A stretch of DNA of 64,000 nucleotides. It comes from Octopus vulgaris. Its lineage: Eukaryota. Location: assembly GCA_951406725.2 (NCBI GenBank), contig OX597838.1:28706001-28770000 (forward strand). Reading direction: 5' to 3'. The notes beneath the pieces are model-generated. The model was not told the DNA's origin, searched no databases, and saw only the letters and a program-made list of their open reading frames with translations. Both the position numbers and the translations under genes were made by a program. Below are positions 1 to 14,155 of this stretch, piece after piece (within the stretch, counting starts at the first letter, position 1; each line of letters starts with the position of its first letter).

Positions 1-3000
1 AGAAGTAATACTATTACTGTTGATAGATTTATTAGTAACAGCAAGAGGATTGATAAGATTATGAACGGCAACAACTTTGATAGTAATAGGAACAATAGCA
101 GTTACAATGCGGACGACGATGAAAGCCTCAACTTCAACAATAACGATTCTAGTAATGTGTCGAGTAATTACACTATAAGCCGCTGGTACAATTGTCCAGA
201 CTGCATTTTCAGTACGACCAAGGCGCAATTGTTCCTCGCACACATGAAGATTTGCTTCCCCTTGAAAACTATGGTGAATCCCAAGGAGGTGAAATTTGAG
301 TGCAAGGAGTGCACGTTTGCAACAAGCAGCAAAAAGGGGTTTTTGAATCATTGTCATGTAAAGGAAGCGTTGAAAAATGTTCCGAAACAGCCATACGGAA
401 AGCATTTGCCCATAAGCAATCTTGACTTACCAAGCAAAAAGATCATGCCAGACAAGAAAAAAATTGTGGGTGTGAGAGGTAAAAAAAATCGCAGCACTCT
501 TCGGCCTTCTGTTTATAATATTGTGGATGACAAGTACAAATTCATGTGTCCATACTGCTCTGAGAGCTTTGAAAAGATAAATTCTATGAAAATCCACATT
601 TTTCGTAGTCATCGAGAGCATTACAACAAACCAATCTCGTTGCATCAGTGTCTGTCGTGCCACATGAAATCATCATCTCAGCTTGTTGTTCGGCAACACA
701 TTGAACGCACACATTTCGGTCGCAAGTCTGGCATCCTTCTTATAGACGAGCCTTCTGAAATCATATCCAGAAAATTCCGGGTGCAGCAAGACAATAATAA
801 GAAACTGATCCAGACAATTGAGCCAATAGAAAAATTGGACAGCGATGCGGTCAAGAAGGTGTCCTCGGAACGCTGTAGTAGTTGGGGCCGGTCGCAACAA
901 GCTAACAACGAACCCTTCAAACAGAAAGATGTGCCAGCTGAAAGTAAAAGCCCTGAGGTAATCCCTGAAAAGCCATCTACGGAGCAGCGTGTCTCAGATC
1001 CTGAAGAATCTGGTGCCTCAAAGAAAGAAGAACTGAAAACTGAAACACCTAACAAAGTGCAGGAAATGGAAATTATAAAGTTTGGCGTCGGGGACCATTT
1101 CACTGAATACATCCACTGCCCTCGGTGTCCCTATCAATCTCAGAGCGTAATGGGTTTCTATGGACACATCAAACGGCATGAAAACATGGTTGTTTGTATA
1201 AATACGAGACGGAAATACGAATTTCACAAACCTAAATATGACAAATATTCAGAAACAGCTGCCAGTGGCAACACCAACTCTGCTGAAGACGTGCCCAAAA
1301 CTTCAGATTCTGATTCAGTACCAGTAATTAATTCCGAGACTGAACTACCAGCTGCTATAAATGCAGATACGTTGGTTAATTTGACCAACGAAAATTCCGA
1401 GAAAACAGCAGAAAGTCCCGATGAAATTTCCGTGAACGAAATTCCTGAATCTGATGGCAAAGATGCATCAGCTCTTATGCAATACCCTGTTGAATCTGAG
1501 ACAGTTATCATGAATAAACAATCAGAAAGTGATGTCGATAAAGAAGAATATTCCAAATTGGGTGGCCCCGTTTTAACCTCTAAATTGTCCCAACTCTACA
1601 CTGTCAGAGGAATGCTTCAGGAATGCAACCTCTGCGATTATTCCTCCGATTTTCCGTCTTATATGCATCGGCATCTGCTTTCTAATCATCTCAATGTCCA
1701 CTTCTGGCGATGCGGCTACTGTTTCTATCGCCATTTACAGCAGTGTAAGATCCTGAGGCACTGCATAAAGCATCACGCCAGCTGTGAGCCATATGCCAAG
1801 TGGCTTGGCATTCCAGACTGGGAAAAGAAAATAAATATTTGTCTTGCCAACAAAAACCACAAGGCTCAAAACACATCGGAAGCAAAATCTCCAAAGATGC
1901 CCCTCTCTCCTACGGCCACTTCCCAGTCTTCTACGGGTGAAGAGAAAATACCTCCTTTGTCACCAAAATTGAAAGAAGGCAATATTAAAGTTCCAAGTGA
2001 AATGAAGATTATAGAAATTGAAAAACTACCTGGGAATCTCTACAAGTGTAAGGTTTGTTCTTACTGTAGCATATATCAGACAAACGTCTTGAGACATATT
2101 TCTTATGTTCACGGCGCTTTTGGTAAAAGCATTGAAGGTAACTTACAATCTCCAATAATGAATCTGACTGCTTCTGTTCGATCCAAATTGTCTGGTGAGA
2201 AGCAAGAAAGCTCCAAGACTGATGGTAAGTCAGAAAACACCTCTCCCGTGCCATCTGCTCCGCCAACACTGTATCGCTGTGTATTCTGCAATTCTGTGAA
2301 CATGTCTGCTGACGAAGTGAAGAAACACATGTGGCAAGAGCACTCTGACGAATTAACCAATGTTGGTATTTTGCTGAAATCCAAAGAGGAGAGCGCTGGA
2401 TCTTCCCGCAAGAATTCCAAAAGATCACAGTTACTTAAAAAACACTTACATCAGCCTGCCAAGGGTCGAAAGGTTAAAACTCAGTCCAAGAATACCAGCG
2501 AACAATCTAGTCCAAGAGATGCAAATGAAGAATCGATGGCCCTAAAGCATACCCGAAGGAATTCTGCCAAAGGTGATGGTTTTCCGGAAGGAAGTGAAGA
2601 TGCCTTGGCTTTGAATTTATTATACGATGAAAACCAGGACCATCCACGTCCAGTTAAACGTCCAGCCACGAAGCAAAACCAGCGTGTTCCAGCAAAACGA
2701 CTTAAACAGAAAACAGCTCAAAGCAAAGCTAATGAAAGAAATTCGTTAGAAAACTCAAATAATGATATGGTTTCTGAAACCCTCCGTGATAGGGAATTTC
2801 ATATGACTGAGAAGCTGGCTGCTCAGTCAGGGAATGACACAGAGTCTCAGACACAGAGATCAGGTGAGATATTGCCGGAATTACAGAAAGTCGATATGGA
2901 GATATATAATCGCTATATATTCAAGACTTACGATGGTTCCTACCTCTGCAATTTCTGCATCACCAGCATGGCCACCGAAGATGAAGCGCGACAACACATT

Positions 3001-4073
3001 CTTTCGATGCACCCGAAAAAGGTTGCCAATCCCTCTGAACTACCTTGTCAGAATTTCCAAATTTTCCGACAGAAAACCAGACGTCCAGAAATCATCGTGC
3101 CTATTGCCGCCAAACCACGGGGTGCTACAGATGCAAACCGAAAGTCTAAAAACCCGAAGCCGAAAAGAGATCCTTATAAAGTCAGAAAGCAGCCAAAGAA
3201 AAGGAAAGCGAGTTCAAATAAGCCAAGACCGATTGCAAATAAATGGCAGGCAGCTGAAAACAAGTTAATGTCAACACAGCACAGGACAGTAACTGACTAC
3301 GAGATGAGCAACAAGGAAGAAAAGAGCAACACCGATTCTCCTATGCTCCTTGTCGACAGTTTTACAGATGATGATGATGATGATGTTGATTGTATCTTCA
3401 GCTGGAGTTATGACGACGACCAAATGAAAGTCTCCAATAGCTGCACGGATCAACAGCAGTTGTCGATCGTCCGCATGATAAAGTATCAACTCGATGATTC
3501 TGAACTTTTCAAATGTCCATTCTGCCAGCTCAGGTCAAAAAGTCACCGCAAGGTCATGGACCACATTCGAATGCACCATTTAGAGCTGGAGGTGAATAGA
3601 TGTTCACAATGTCCATACACCAGTTGGTTCGACGGGGAGATGTCAAAGCATGTGCAGGCGGTGCATGGCTGCATCATGTCGACAGGTAATCACCGACCGC
3701 CTGACCCTATGGACTCCTTGCTAAATAATCCAGTCAAACCGGACACAGCTGACGTGGCTATCAAGAATGAACAAACACCCTCTGATGTATGTAACCCACA
3801 CCGGACGACGAATACTACCACTACTACTACTACTACCACTAATACTACTTCTGCTACTACTACTACTAGCTCTGAGTCCACTGACATCTATGTGACCACC
3901 GATTATAGAAGCTTATACTCAAAGGCTTCTTGTATTAAAAACCAGACCCTTCTCTACACTTGCACCATATGTTCACTACAGTTGGTGAGCCAAAAGCTGT
4001 TTTTTGAACATGTCACTAAACACTACGGACGAATTTACCAGTGCTCATTGTGTTCCTTCAAAACATACCCAAG
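1..4073 (+). CDS. Large coding exon of a dispersed multi-C2H2 zinc-finger protein (frame open from base 1; first in-window ATG at 61)
   Basis: 1338-codon ORF with about 13 CxxC-x12-H-x3/4-H(C) fingers (e.g. FMCPYCSESFEKINSMKIHIFRSH, FKCPFCQLRSKSHRKVMDHIRMHH). It ends at the donor AAG|GTAAGA (GT at 4074), so the TAA at 4075-4077 is intronic. There is no stop between 1 and 60, so the CDS may start upstream. Confidence 0.93.
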
Positions 4074-4865
4074 GTAAGAGAAAAGCCTGTTATTTTTTTT
4101 TTTGCTGATATTTTTTTTATTTATCTTTTGTCTTTTAATTAGGAAGGTAAGCAGTGCCTATGGCCCCTTGCAGGATCTCTAAGTCTGGTTAGGGAGGAAG
4201 GTAATCCTCAAAACTGGACAGCCATTCTAAATACTTGTAATAGGGGTGTGAACACTTGCAATGGGTTGGACCCTGCTAAAGATACCTTAGGTACTAGGTG
4301 GTGATGTTAAACAGGGTGACAGACTTAGTTTAACTCTGAAGTAGGCCATGGTGAGATTTGAACTGAGAGCTGAAATAAATATTGCCAGCCAGCCAGTCTA
4401 TCATATTGCATTGGTACTTTTTTTTTTGGCGGGGAGGGCCCTGGAAAAGATGAAAGGCAAAGTTGACTTCAGCAGAATTTGAACTCATCATGTGGTGAAT
4501 TGGAACAAATACTTCAAAGTATTCTGCCTGCCGTTCTAATGACTCTGCTAATTAATTATCTGTCTAAGGCAGTTAGCTGGCAGAACCAGTGCTCGACAGG
4601 TAATTATTTTATCGACCCACAAAAGTTTCAACCCAGAATGTAAAGAATTGGAAGAAAGCATGCAAACGATTCTGCCAGCTCACTACCTTATACCACTATT
4701 AATAATATAAGGGCTGTGCAGACCATTGGACAAAATGCCTTGTGGTATTTATTCCAGCTCTTTATGTTCTGAGTTCAAATCCTGTCCAGTTCACCTTATT
4801 TCAAGGTTAACCTTTTTGTTATATTTCTGCTGAAATACAGTTTTTCTTTCAATTAATTAAAAATA

Positions 4866-5210
4866 GTGAAGGCACATGGCTCAGTGGTTAGAGCGTCAGG
4901 CACATAATCATGAGGTTGTGAGTTCGATTCTCGGACTGAGCTGCATGTTGTGATCTTGAGCAAGACACTTTATTTCACGTTGCTCCAGTTCACTCAGCTG
5001 TAGAAATGAGTTGCAGTGTCTCTGGTGCCAAGCTGTATCAACCCTTTTGCTTTTCCCTTGGATAACATCAGTGGCATGAAAAGTGGAAGGCTGGTATGCA
5101 TGGGTGACTACTAGTCTTCTATAAACAACCTTGCTCAGACTTGTACCTCAGAGGGGGAACTTCCTAGGTGCACTCCCATGGTCATTTATGACTGAAGGGG
5201 GTCTTTACCC
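4866..5210 (+). mobile_element. tRNA-derived SINE in the zinc-finger intron (relatives at ~32462-32915 and ~41690-41830)
   Basis: A box TGGCTCAGTGG and B box GAGTTCGATTC, followed by a CTTGAGCAAGACACTT core shared with the other copies. Confidence 0.75.
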
Positions 5211-5398
5211 TATTATTTCCTTGGCACATCAACCTCCTGGAATTCCCTTCCAGCTAATGTATATCCTGCCGATATTGACTGGTGGTGTTTGGGCTCAACA
5301 TAAAAACCATAAACCATTTCAGCCCCATGTTAGTTCCAGAAGACCCTACAAAAGTTGTTGAGACATTACAAGGGTCACAGACACTGCTCCTTACTTCC

Positions 5399-5433
<35 letters not shown>

Positions 5434-5489
5434 CACCTATTTTAATTTTGCTTATTTTTTTTCTATTGTGTACTTTTTTTTATTTCCAG

Positions 5490-6171
5490 AGAATTTATGG
5501 AGAACCACATCCGCACTCACCAAAATACTCCCAAAGAGAACATCAATATTGTTGTACTCTGCCATGAATCTCTGATGGATATTCCTGAGAGTATTATCAA
5601 ACCTTGCCAGATATTTAAGTCTTCAGTTTATTCACCTGTTGGTCCTACTACCAGTACTGCTATTGCTGCTGCTACTACTACTGCTGCTGCTGCTGCTTCT
5701 GCTGTTACCACCTCTGACGGCCACACTACCCCTCCTGCTTCTACTGCTGAGTGGTGGCCCTCAAGCCCCACCAGCCTGACCCTCACCGCTGCATCGGCAG
5801 CCGCTGCTGTGTCTGCACTCTGGACAGACTACTTAAAGTACTGCTGCCCCTTCTGTACTTTCAAAACTGACCAGCTCAGTGCATTCGAACAGCACCTGAA
5901 GGCCTGCTGCGAGAGAAAGCTCGCTGCGGCTGTCACTTCTGATCCTTCGATTTCTGCTTGGCCAGGGCCAGAGCCAGAGGTCCCCCCAGAGAGTGGCGGC
6001 AGCGACAGCAACAACAACAACAACAACAGCAACAGCAGCAGTAATAACTCCCACAACATCAACAACAACACCAAATCGAAAGTTCTGCTGCCTACCATTT
6101 TCAACGTTCATGTCACACTTCAAGACATTTTTGCATCATACAAGCCTGAAATTTTTGATTTTTACACATAA
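5490..6171 (+). CDS. Last coding exon of the zinc-finger gene
   Basis: Polypyrimidine tract plus TTCCAG| acceptor at 5489. The phase-2 join rebuilds the finger CSLCSFKTYPR/EFMENHIRTH with exact C-x2-C-x12-H-x3-H spacing. Contains one further CxxC..H..C finger; stop TAA at 6169-6171. Spliced product is 1564 aa from the ATG at 61. Confidence 0.92.
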
Positions 6172-6217
<46 letters not shown>

Positions 6218-7416
6218 GTGTGCACGCGTGTGTATGTGTGTACACATATACACACACAGGCACACACACACACACACACATATATCAGATATATCGTTTT
6301 TTTTTTTCTTTTGCAGCTTTAATTTGCCTCATCTTCCTTATCTATCTCATCACTGACCTCGTCTCCCTTCTAATTATGAATATCGTTAACGATTTACAAG
6401 TTTTCTTGCTCAAACGAAAAGAATATATGGAAAGAAGAGAGAAAATTTTTGTTTGAGAAGGGACTATGTGTACGTACGTACATATGTATGTATGCATGTA
6501 CGTACGTACATATGTATGTATGTGTATGTATGTGTGTGTGTGTGTGTGTGTGTGGATGCATGTTCATGAATTAAAAATTTTTTTGTCTTTTTTCAATAAC
6601 ATGAACAAAACCGAATAATTAACTTCTGTCCAAATTTTTTTTTTTTTTTATCAATGGATTAAAATTTCAACACTAACCCTCCCTCCCTCCTTCCCAACAA
6701 CACTCCCCACGATGACCACCTCCACTACCACCACCACTACCACATCATAGACAGATCATGTTTTTTCTTTTTCTTTTTTTTTATTTTGTAAATGTTACAC
6801 CAAAGAACAGGAAAGAAAGGAAAAGGAGATTTAAAGAAAGAATGGCTGACTTCTTTTCTCTTTGAATAACCAAAAACTATATATATAGCAGTGTGTGTAT
6901 GTGTACGTGTGGCGGTAGTTGTATGGGTGTGAGAATCTCAGAACCTACATCAAAAAACAAAAAAGCAAAGAAAACTATAAAAAAAAACAAAGAATAATAA
7001 TAATTGGTTGGGTGTATTGAAATTTGCTGCTATTTGTAAGATATCACAATTTTCTTTTTTTTTTTTGTTTTTTTTTTGTAAACTTTATTTATGACTTTAT
7101 TTATTTTATTTTTATTTATACTTTCTCTCTCTCTCTCTATCATGCTCTTTTTTTTTTTGTTGTTGTTCAAAGTGAGGAGAGGAGAACTCGTGATATTATT
7201 TGAAACTGGTTTAAAAAATCAAATCATCTTGCTTTAAAAAAAAAAAAACAATTTTTTTTTTTTTTGAAGTTTAATTAATTATCAGTGATTCAACAGATTT
7301 CTTACAGTGACTGTATTTCAATTTGATTGTCATTTATTTTGACGATTATTGTTTTATATATACATATGCGTGTATATATATATATCAGTGCATGTGTATG
7401 TATATGTGTGTGTGTG

Positions 7417-7455
<39 letters not shown>

Positions 7456-7498
7456 GTGTGTGTATATATATATATATGAGTGCATGTGTGTGTATGTA

Positions 7499-7532
<34 letters not shown>

Positions 7533-8602
7533 CATATGTGTATATATATATATGAGTGTGTGTGTGTGTATGTATATGTGTGTGTGTATGTATATATGTG
7601 TGTATATATACATATGTGTATATATATATATGTGAGTGTGTGTATGTATATATGTGTGTATATATACATATGTGTATATATATATGAGTGCGTGTGTGTG
7701 TGTGTATGTATATGTGTGTATGTATATATGTGTGTATATATATGTATATATACACACACGTAAATGTTCTGAAAAAAAACAATGAAGAGGAATTTGTGGG
7801 AGGGTGGTATTCAGCACTAAAAAGCCAAATTAATGCCTTAAAGTGCTGAGTTTGGAGGTTCTATTTGATAAAAATCCAAATCTTAATAAAAAAAAAAAGC
7901 AGCGATCCAGAAGGTTCATAAACGTTTTTAAAACCAACCTGTGCTGACTGGAAAATCGGGGAATAGAAGGCAAGCATGCTAACCTGTTACACTTATGGTG
8001 TGACATTGCCATTGTTGTTTTCGTCATCGTTGTACGACCCATTTAGGTTGGTGGCTGGTGTATTGGGGGTGCTGATATTCTTGCTTTCTGTTTACAACTG
8101 AAGGTCACACAGCTATCTTCTGTAATTGTCCTGGTGTATTAGATGTGCATGTCTCTAATATACCCAACATAGATGAGAAGGTGGTGGAGAGAAAACTGTA
8201 AATCAAAGAACATTGTTCTACTAGACCACCATATAGCATTTTTTTTGTTCAATTGCTCAATATCTGTTATCCAGCCAATGAAAACTTTACCGTTTTAGGT
8301 ACCAAAATTGTAAAACTCTTGAGCAATATATATATATATATATATATATGAAAATGGAGAAACAAATTTGGTTTTTTCATCAACTTACGGATATTATAAT
8401 GCTGGATTATTTATTCATTTTACAAATGAGAACATCAAAAGCATACAAAAATATTATATAAAACAATAGATAATACAATAAATGACTTAATTGCATTGCA
8501 ATTAAAAACATTTATGTATTAAGAATTTGAGTACTTTACCAACAGTATATTGGATAAATGATATCCCATAGCGGGTTTCACCCATAACCACTATCTTACT
8601 TT

Positions 8603-8641
<39 letters not shown>

Positions 8642-9709
8642 TTTATTTGTGGATATACAATTCTACCATCAGTTTCATGCAATACATCACAATTATCACT
8701 TAAAGTATTGGTAATCCATTTCCTTTTGGACATAGCCATATAAGGTTACAAGAGACTTTGTGAGATTTGAAACGTTGTTTGGTGATATGGAGTGAAATAC
8801 ATGATATACTGATAAGAGGAGGTAAATCATAGTTGCATCATTAATTATGGAACACTTGATAATTGTAATGTTTCGCATGAAACCAATGGTAACATTGTCT
8901 ATCCACAAATAGAGAAAATATTTATCTGCCAATCGTAGTGTTGAGTACGCATCCTCATTATCATTACATTTGTATATACATATGTGTGTATGTATGTATA
9001 TATAGGGATGGTAATGGTTGGAAAATTATCAGGAATATATTATATTACCATGTAGCTAACACACCAGACATGGTTCATTCATGCATGTCATTACCATGTT
9101 TTTTGATTGGCTACTTCCATGCCCTAGACTGCCAAATCAGGACAGTCTATGTGACCACTCACCTCTTTGTCATTTCCTTCCTATCTAAACGAGAGTCACC
9201 AACTGACCGACCAACCGACCAATCAATCAATCATGCAAAATTGGAGGGTGTCTAAACATACTGGATAGCAGCTTAAAAATCATGAGTTCCCAATCAGCTG
9301 CAATAAGTAAGTTGTGAATTTGCACCGAAGATAGACTAGCTGCCTATCCAGTGGGTAATTTATCTCTCCTCTATTTAATATCAGGAAACTGTCTCTTTTA
9401 AGAAAAAAATACCAAAAAAAAAAAGAAACCTATATATAGGGCTTTTTGGCTGTTTTATATTGTATTTTACAACTAACCACATATGTTGTAAACGAGTTCA
9501 TATTAGCAGTGTTTTTTTTTTTTATTTACATGCATGTATATGTGTGTATGTATATATATATGTGTGTCTGTATATATGTGTGTCTGTGTATAATATGTAT
9601 ATAAATATATTTGTATGTTTGTGTCTATGTGTGCATATGTACATGTATATATGCATACATGTACATATGTGTGTATGTATGTATATATTATATAAAATAT
9701 ATATTATGT

Positions 9710-9743
<34 letters not shown>

Positions 9744-9890
9744 TATAGATTTACATTACTTTGTTCATATGATGAGTCTCTGCTGCCTCGTACATGTACT
9801 CTGTTGTACTCCATGTATTTCATGTTCGCTTTACTTTCATTTTCATAATACAATATCAGTGGTATTAAAAAAAAAACCATTTCTATTAAC
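6172..9890 (+). other. Probable long 3' UTR of the zinc-finger gene
   Basis: SINE-free, U/A-rich stretch in an otherwise SINE-saturated window, ending at a poly(A)-site-like motif cluster. Confidence 0.5.
7357..7760. repeat. Compound (TA)n/(TG)n microsatellite
   Basis: Direct reading; source of the YI/HT-rich spurious ORFs. Confidence 0.95.
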
Positions 9891-9915
9891 TCATTTTTCC
9901 TTCTTTTATTTTTTC
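9794..9915 (+). terminator. Candidate polyadenylation site
   Basis: Three TGTA elements (~9796-9817), ATTAAA at 9864-9869 and a downstream T-rich tract. An alternative AATAAA lies near 8477. Confidence 0.45.
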
Positions 9916-11485
9916 TAACCTTCTAAACCAAGATAAAACTGCAAATTTTTATAGTCAAAACAAAACAGGAAGATGTGACATTCACACCTTTCCTTCGAGC
10001 ATTGTCATCTTAAGGGCATAGACACACGTTTGTAGTTACCTGGGGTACCCCTCACAGATCTATAGATCTGATTCTGAGCTCTGTACTTGCTGTCAATAAA
10101 TACTACAGGATCCAGTGCATTAATTTACCCAGGGACTATAATGCTGTAAAGATGGCCCTGTGTTTGAGTGCATCAGTGATTGAGAAGTGAACTTGGGTGG
10201 ATTTAAGAAATTAAATAATTAAGCTGCTAGGACGAAGTCCTTTTCTACTGGGGATTTTTATAGCTGTGCTATAACCCGTGAACACATATCTCTACTAATG
10301 CTTCCCAACCACATGGTTCCGGGTTCAGTCACACTGTGCAACACCTTGGGACAAATGTTTTCTACTATATCCTCAGGCCGACCAAGGCCTTGTGAACGAA
10401 ACTGAAAGAAACCTGTCATATGTATATATATGTGTGTGTGTCTTTACGTCTGTGTTTGTCTCCCACCATGCTTTGGCAACCAGTGTTGGTTTGTTTATTT
10501 CCCTGTGACTTAGCACTTTGGCGAAAGAGGCCAATAGAATAAGTACCAGGCTTAAAAAGTAAAAGTGCCAGGTTCTCGAATTCTCGAAGGCAGTGCCCCA
10601 GCATGACTGAGACAGGTAGAAGATAAAAGGTGATATACCTGTCTCCTCATAAGGTAGTGAGCTCAATCGTTTGCACGCTGGGCAAAATGCTTAGCGACAT
10701 TTCATTCATGCTTATGTTCTGGGTTCAAATTCCCCTGAGATCGACTTTGTCTTTCATGCTTTCAGGAGGTGGGGACAGGCAATGAAATAAGTACCAGTTG
10801 AGCACTGGAGTTGATATAATCAGCTTACCTCCTCCCCCACCTCCCAAAACTACTGGCCTTGTGCTAAAATATGAAACCAGTGTACTTGCTCCCTCAGACA
10901 TGCTGTGTCTTTCGTCTTTTTTTTCCTCTCGCTACCCTGATGGAACAAGTCTGCTTGATACAGCTGTCTCGTCCCTTCCGACCAAACCCTGCCACCATCA
11001 CTACCACCCTGTCTCATCCGGGCATGTCCTGTGCTAACCATTCCCCCCTTCACCCGTACCTCAATTCCTTTTTTTTCTTATTTCCACCCACCCCCGCACC
11101 ACCACCACCACCACCACAGCGTTGATCCTCTTGGCTAACATGTTCCCTGCAGATGTTACATACCTTCAAACATTATTGATAAAATCTAAATCAACCACGA
11201 TCCTGCCAGTCTTGTTGAAAAGGGTCATGTGCGGAGCCCCTTAATAAATCTCAAAAGGAAATTTACATTTATGTAAAAGATATCATGTAATAGTAATTTC
11301 AGTGTACAATAGGTTATTTTACATGTCAGCATTAATATTGCAATTACATATGTATGTGTATGTATACAAACATACATACATACATACACACACACACACG
11401 CACATATAATTTATTTCTAATGGTTGAGCTCAAAGTGGAAAAGCTATAAATAATAGCTTGCAAATATCCAGTTAAAAAATTGTAT

Positions 11486-11536
<51 letters not shown>

Positions 11537-11726
11537 TGTGCATGTCTATATATATATATATATATATATACATACATGCATACATATGCAATTTTTATTT
11601 GTATTACTCTCTGGTTCACCCTCATGTATATGTGTGTGTATGTATGTATGTATATATATATATATATATTATATTATATTAAATTATGTATACATACACA
11701 TACATATGTAATTGCAATATTAATAT

Positions 11727-11758
<32 letters not shown>

Positions 11759-12450
11759 ATCACTGTTATAATGACATTGAGGTGGTTTAAAAAGTAATAC
11801 GGTTTTTTTTTTAAAGATAAAATGTGCACATCTGTCTACTTTTATACACACACACACACACATGCATAAACAACATACATGTACATGAGTGCATTTATGC
11901 ACACCCACAGACACGCACAAACACACACACTTACAGCAAAATTGTAAGATGATGAAAAAAGAGTGTTGAAGTTTTGAATCAGCTTCTGTACATGCATGTG
12001 TGTGTGTGTGTGTGTATTACAGCTTGCGCTGCAGAGCACTCCCTTTATTATCAGCCTCTTGGAGACTGAAGCAATTCCAGTTCTTTAACACCATTCCCTT
12101 TGGTAGTGCCAAGCTGTGATGTTGATGCTTCCAGAAAAGCAGACATCAATTATTTCAGAACCAAAACTAGTTTTTTGCCCTCGCCATCCATTCAGCAAAT
12201 ATTTTGATTTATTTCTTGATCTTGGCATTCGTCTTTCCCTTACATGTGTCCACCATATCCATCATGTACCATTTTCATTCATACATTAACCATAAAAAGT
12301 CAGGAAGTGTGAGAGGTGAATATATTTAACCACTTGTTATCCTTGGGATTACGACTGCTTCGCAGCCTTTATCATGTAATGATAATTCCAGTGTACAATA
12401 GATTATTTTACATTACAGCATTAATATTGCATATACATATATATACACTA

Positions 12451-12509
12451 TATAACAAAACTGTCTGACGAACAGGAACGTGAAACTCTGAGTAACAGCT
12501 TTTGTTATA
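12451..12509 (+). ncRNA. Minimal type I hammerhead ribozyme motif in a Penelope-like repeat fragment
   Basis: Stem I TATAACAAAACTGT / ACAG(C)TTTTGTTATA; CTGACGA at 12465-12471; short stem II AC..GT; GAAA at 12482-12485; palindromic stem III ACTC-T-GAGT; GUA cleavage triplet ending at 12494. Confidence 0.72.
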
Positions 12510-12535
12510 TTTCTGCTGCTTTTAAATAAAGTATA

Positions 12536-12572
<37 letters not shown>

Positions 12573-12748
12573 TGCAGGGGTGGCTGTGTAGTAAGTAGCT
12601 TGCTTACCAACCACATGATTCCGGGTTCAGTCCCACTGCATGGCACCTTGGGCAAGTGTCTTCTACTATAGCCTCGAGCCGACCAAAGCCTTGTGAGTGG
12701 ATTTAGTAGACGGAAACTGAAAAAAGCCCGTCGTATATATGTATATAT

Positions 12749-12794
<46 letters not shown>

Positions 12795-13143
12795 GTATAT
12801 ATATGTGTGTGTCTGTGTTTGTCCCCCCCAACATCACTTGACAACCGATGCTGGAGTGTTTACGTCCCTGTTACTTAGCGGTTCGGCAAAAGCGACCGAT
12901 AGAATAAGTACTAGGCTTCCAAAGAAGGTTAAAAAATTAGTCCAGTGTTAGACCATCTGTCGTGTATAGAGGAGATGTATGTTCGAGTCCTATGGGCAGC
13001 AGCTGATTTATTCTATCCAAAGTGTGTTTCAACTTAATATTTACAACACTGTTATTTATAGCTTTATCTACTTCAAGTTCAACCGTTAAAAACAAATTAT
13101 TTCACATTCTCTCAAAGTTTCTAAATTCTTATAATGTCAACAA

Positions 13144-13216
<73 letters not shown>

Positions 13217-14155
13217 GTACATTGGCAATTTATTGATTATGATGACAAGGATCCCAATTGATCCGATCAACAGAACAGCTTGCGCATGAAATTAACACGC
13301 AAGTTGCTGAGTATACCACAGATATGCATGCCCTTAATGGATTTCTTAGGGAGATTCAGCATGACACAACATGTGACAAGGCTGGCCCTTTGAAAAACAG
13401 GTACTACTCAGTTTTGTCCAATGAATGGACTGGAGCAGCGTGAAAAAAAGTGTCTTGCTCAAGGACATGTATCGCCAGGAATTGAATCCCTGATTGTGAA
13501 CTGAACACCCTAACCACTGAGCCATGCACCTTCATTACACACACGCACACACATTACTATGGATCTGTGATGTTTCATTTAATTATTACTATTAGGGAGA
13601 GTGGCATTCAACGGTCAACTAATGCTACTTGGTAGCACCACTACAGCCAGCTTTTGGCCTTGTGTGGCAGCATCTGTCCAGTGGCCTGATGATCTCAGTA
13701 AATAGCCACATCACTTGATGGAAACTATATTGAATCACATAGTCCATCAAAGGTATCTTCTCTCATCTCTTCTATATTTGCACTGGACTGCTGAACTATT
13801 GCTGTGTGAGGTCGAGAGATTGAGGGACAACCTTTTGAAGCTAAGATGCCGGAGAACAATGTCAGGAAATACAAACTTTGTCACTGGACACCATGGGGGT
13901 CATAGTGGGTGATACCACTTTAAAAGAATACAAGGTGGTAACAGGAGTAAAAGATTAACCCTGACAAAATCTGAGCCTGCAGATCAGCACTTGATGAGGC
14001 AAGTCCATGCTGCTAGTCAGCATCGAGGTCACTGAACTGGGGTTTGATTCAGTCAGGTTCTCCAAATGAATAAGAAACTGAGACAAGGTTACAAGCGGAT
14101 TGAGAGCAAGCTATCCCTGAAAGTTTTGGTCATAGGTGTAGGAGTGGCTGTGATA

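Noticed and set aside
4074-4077. Stop codon ending the 1338-aa ORF
   Set aside because: It lies inside a consensus splice donor; splicing to 5490 restores a complete zinc finger.
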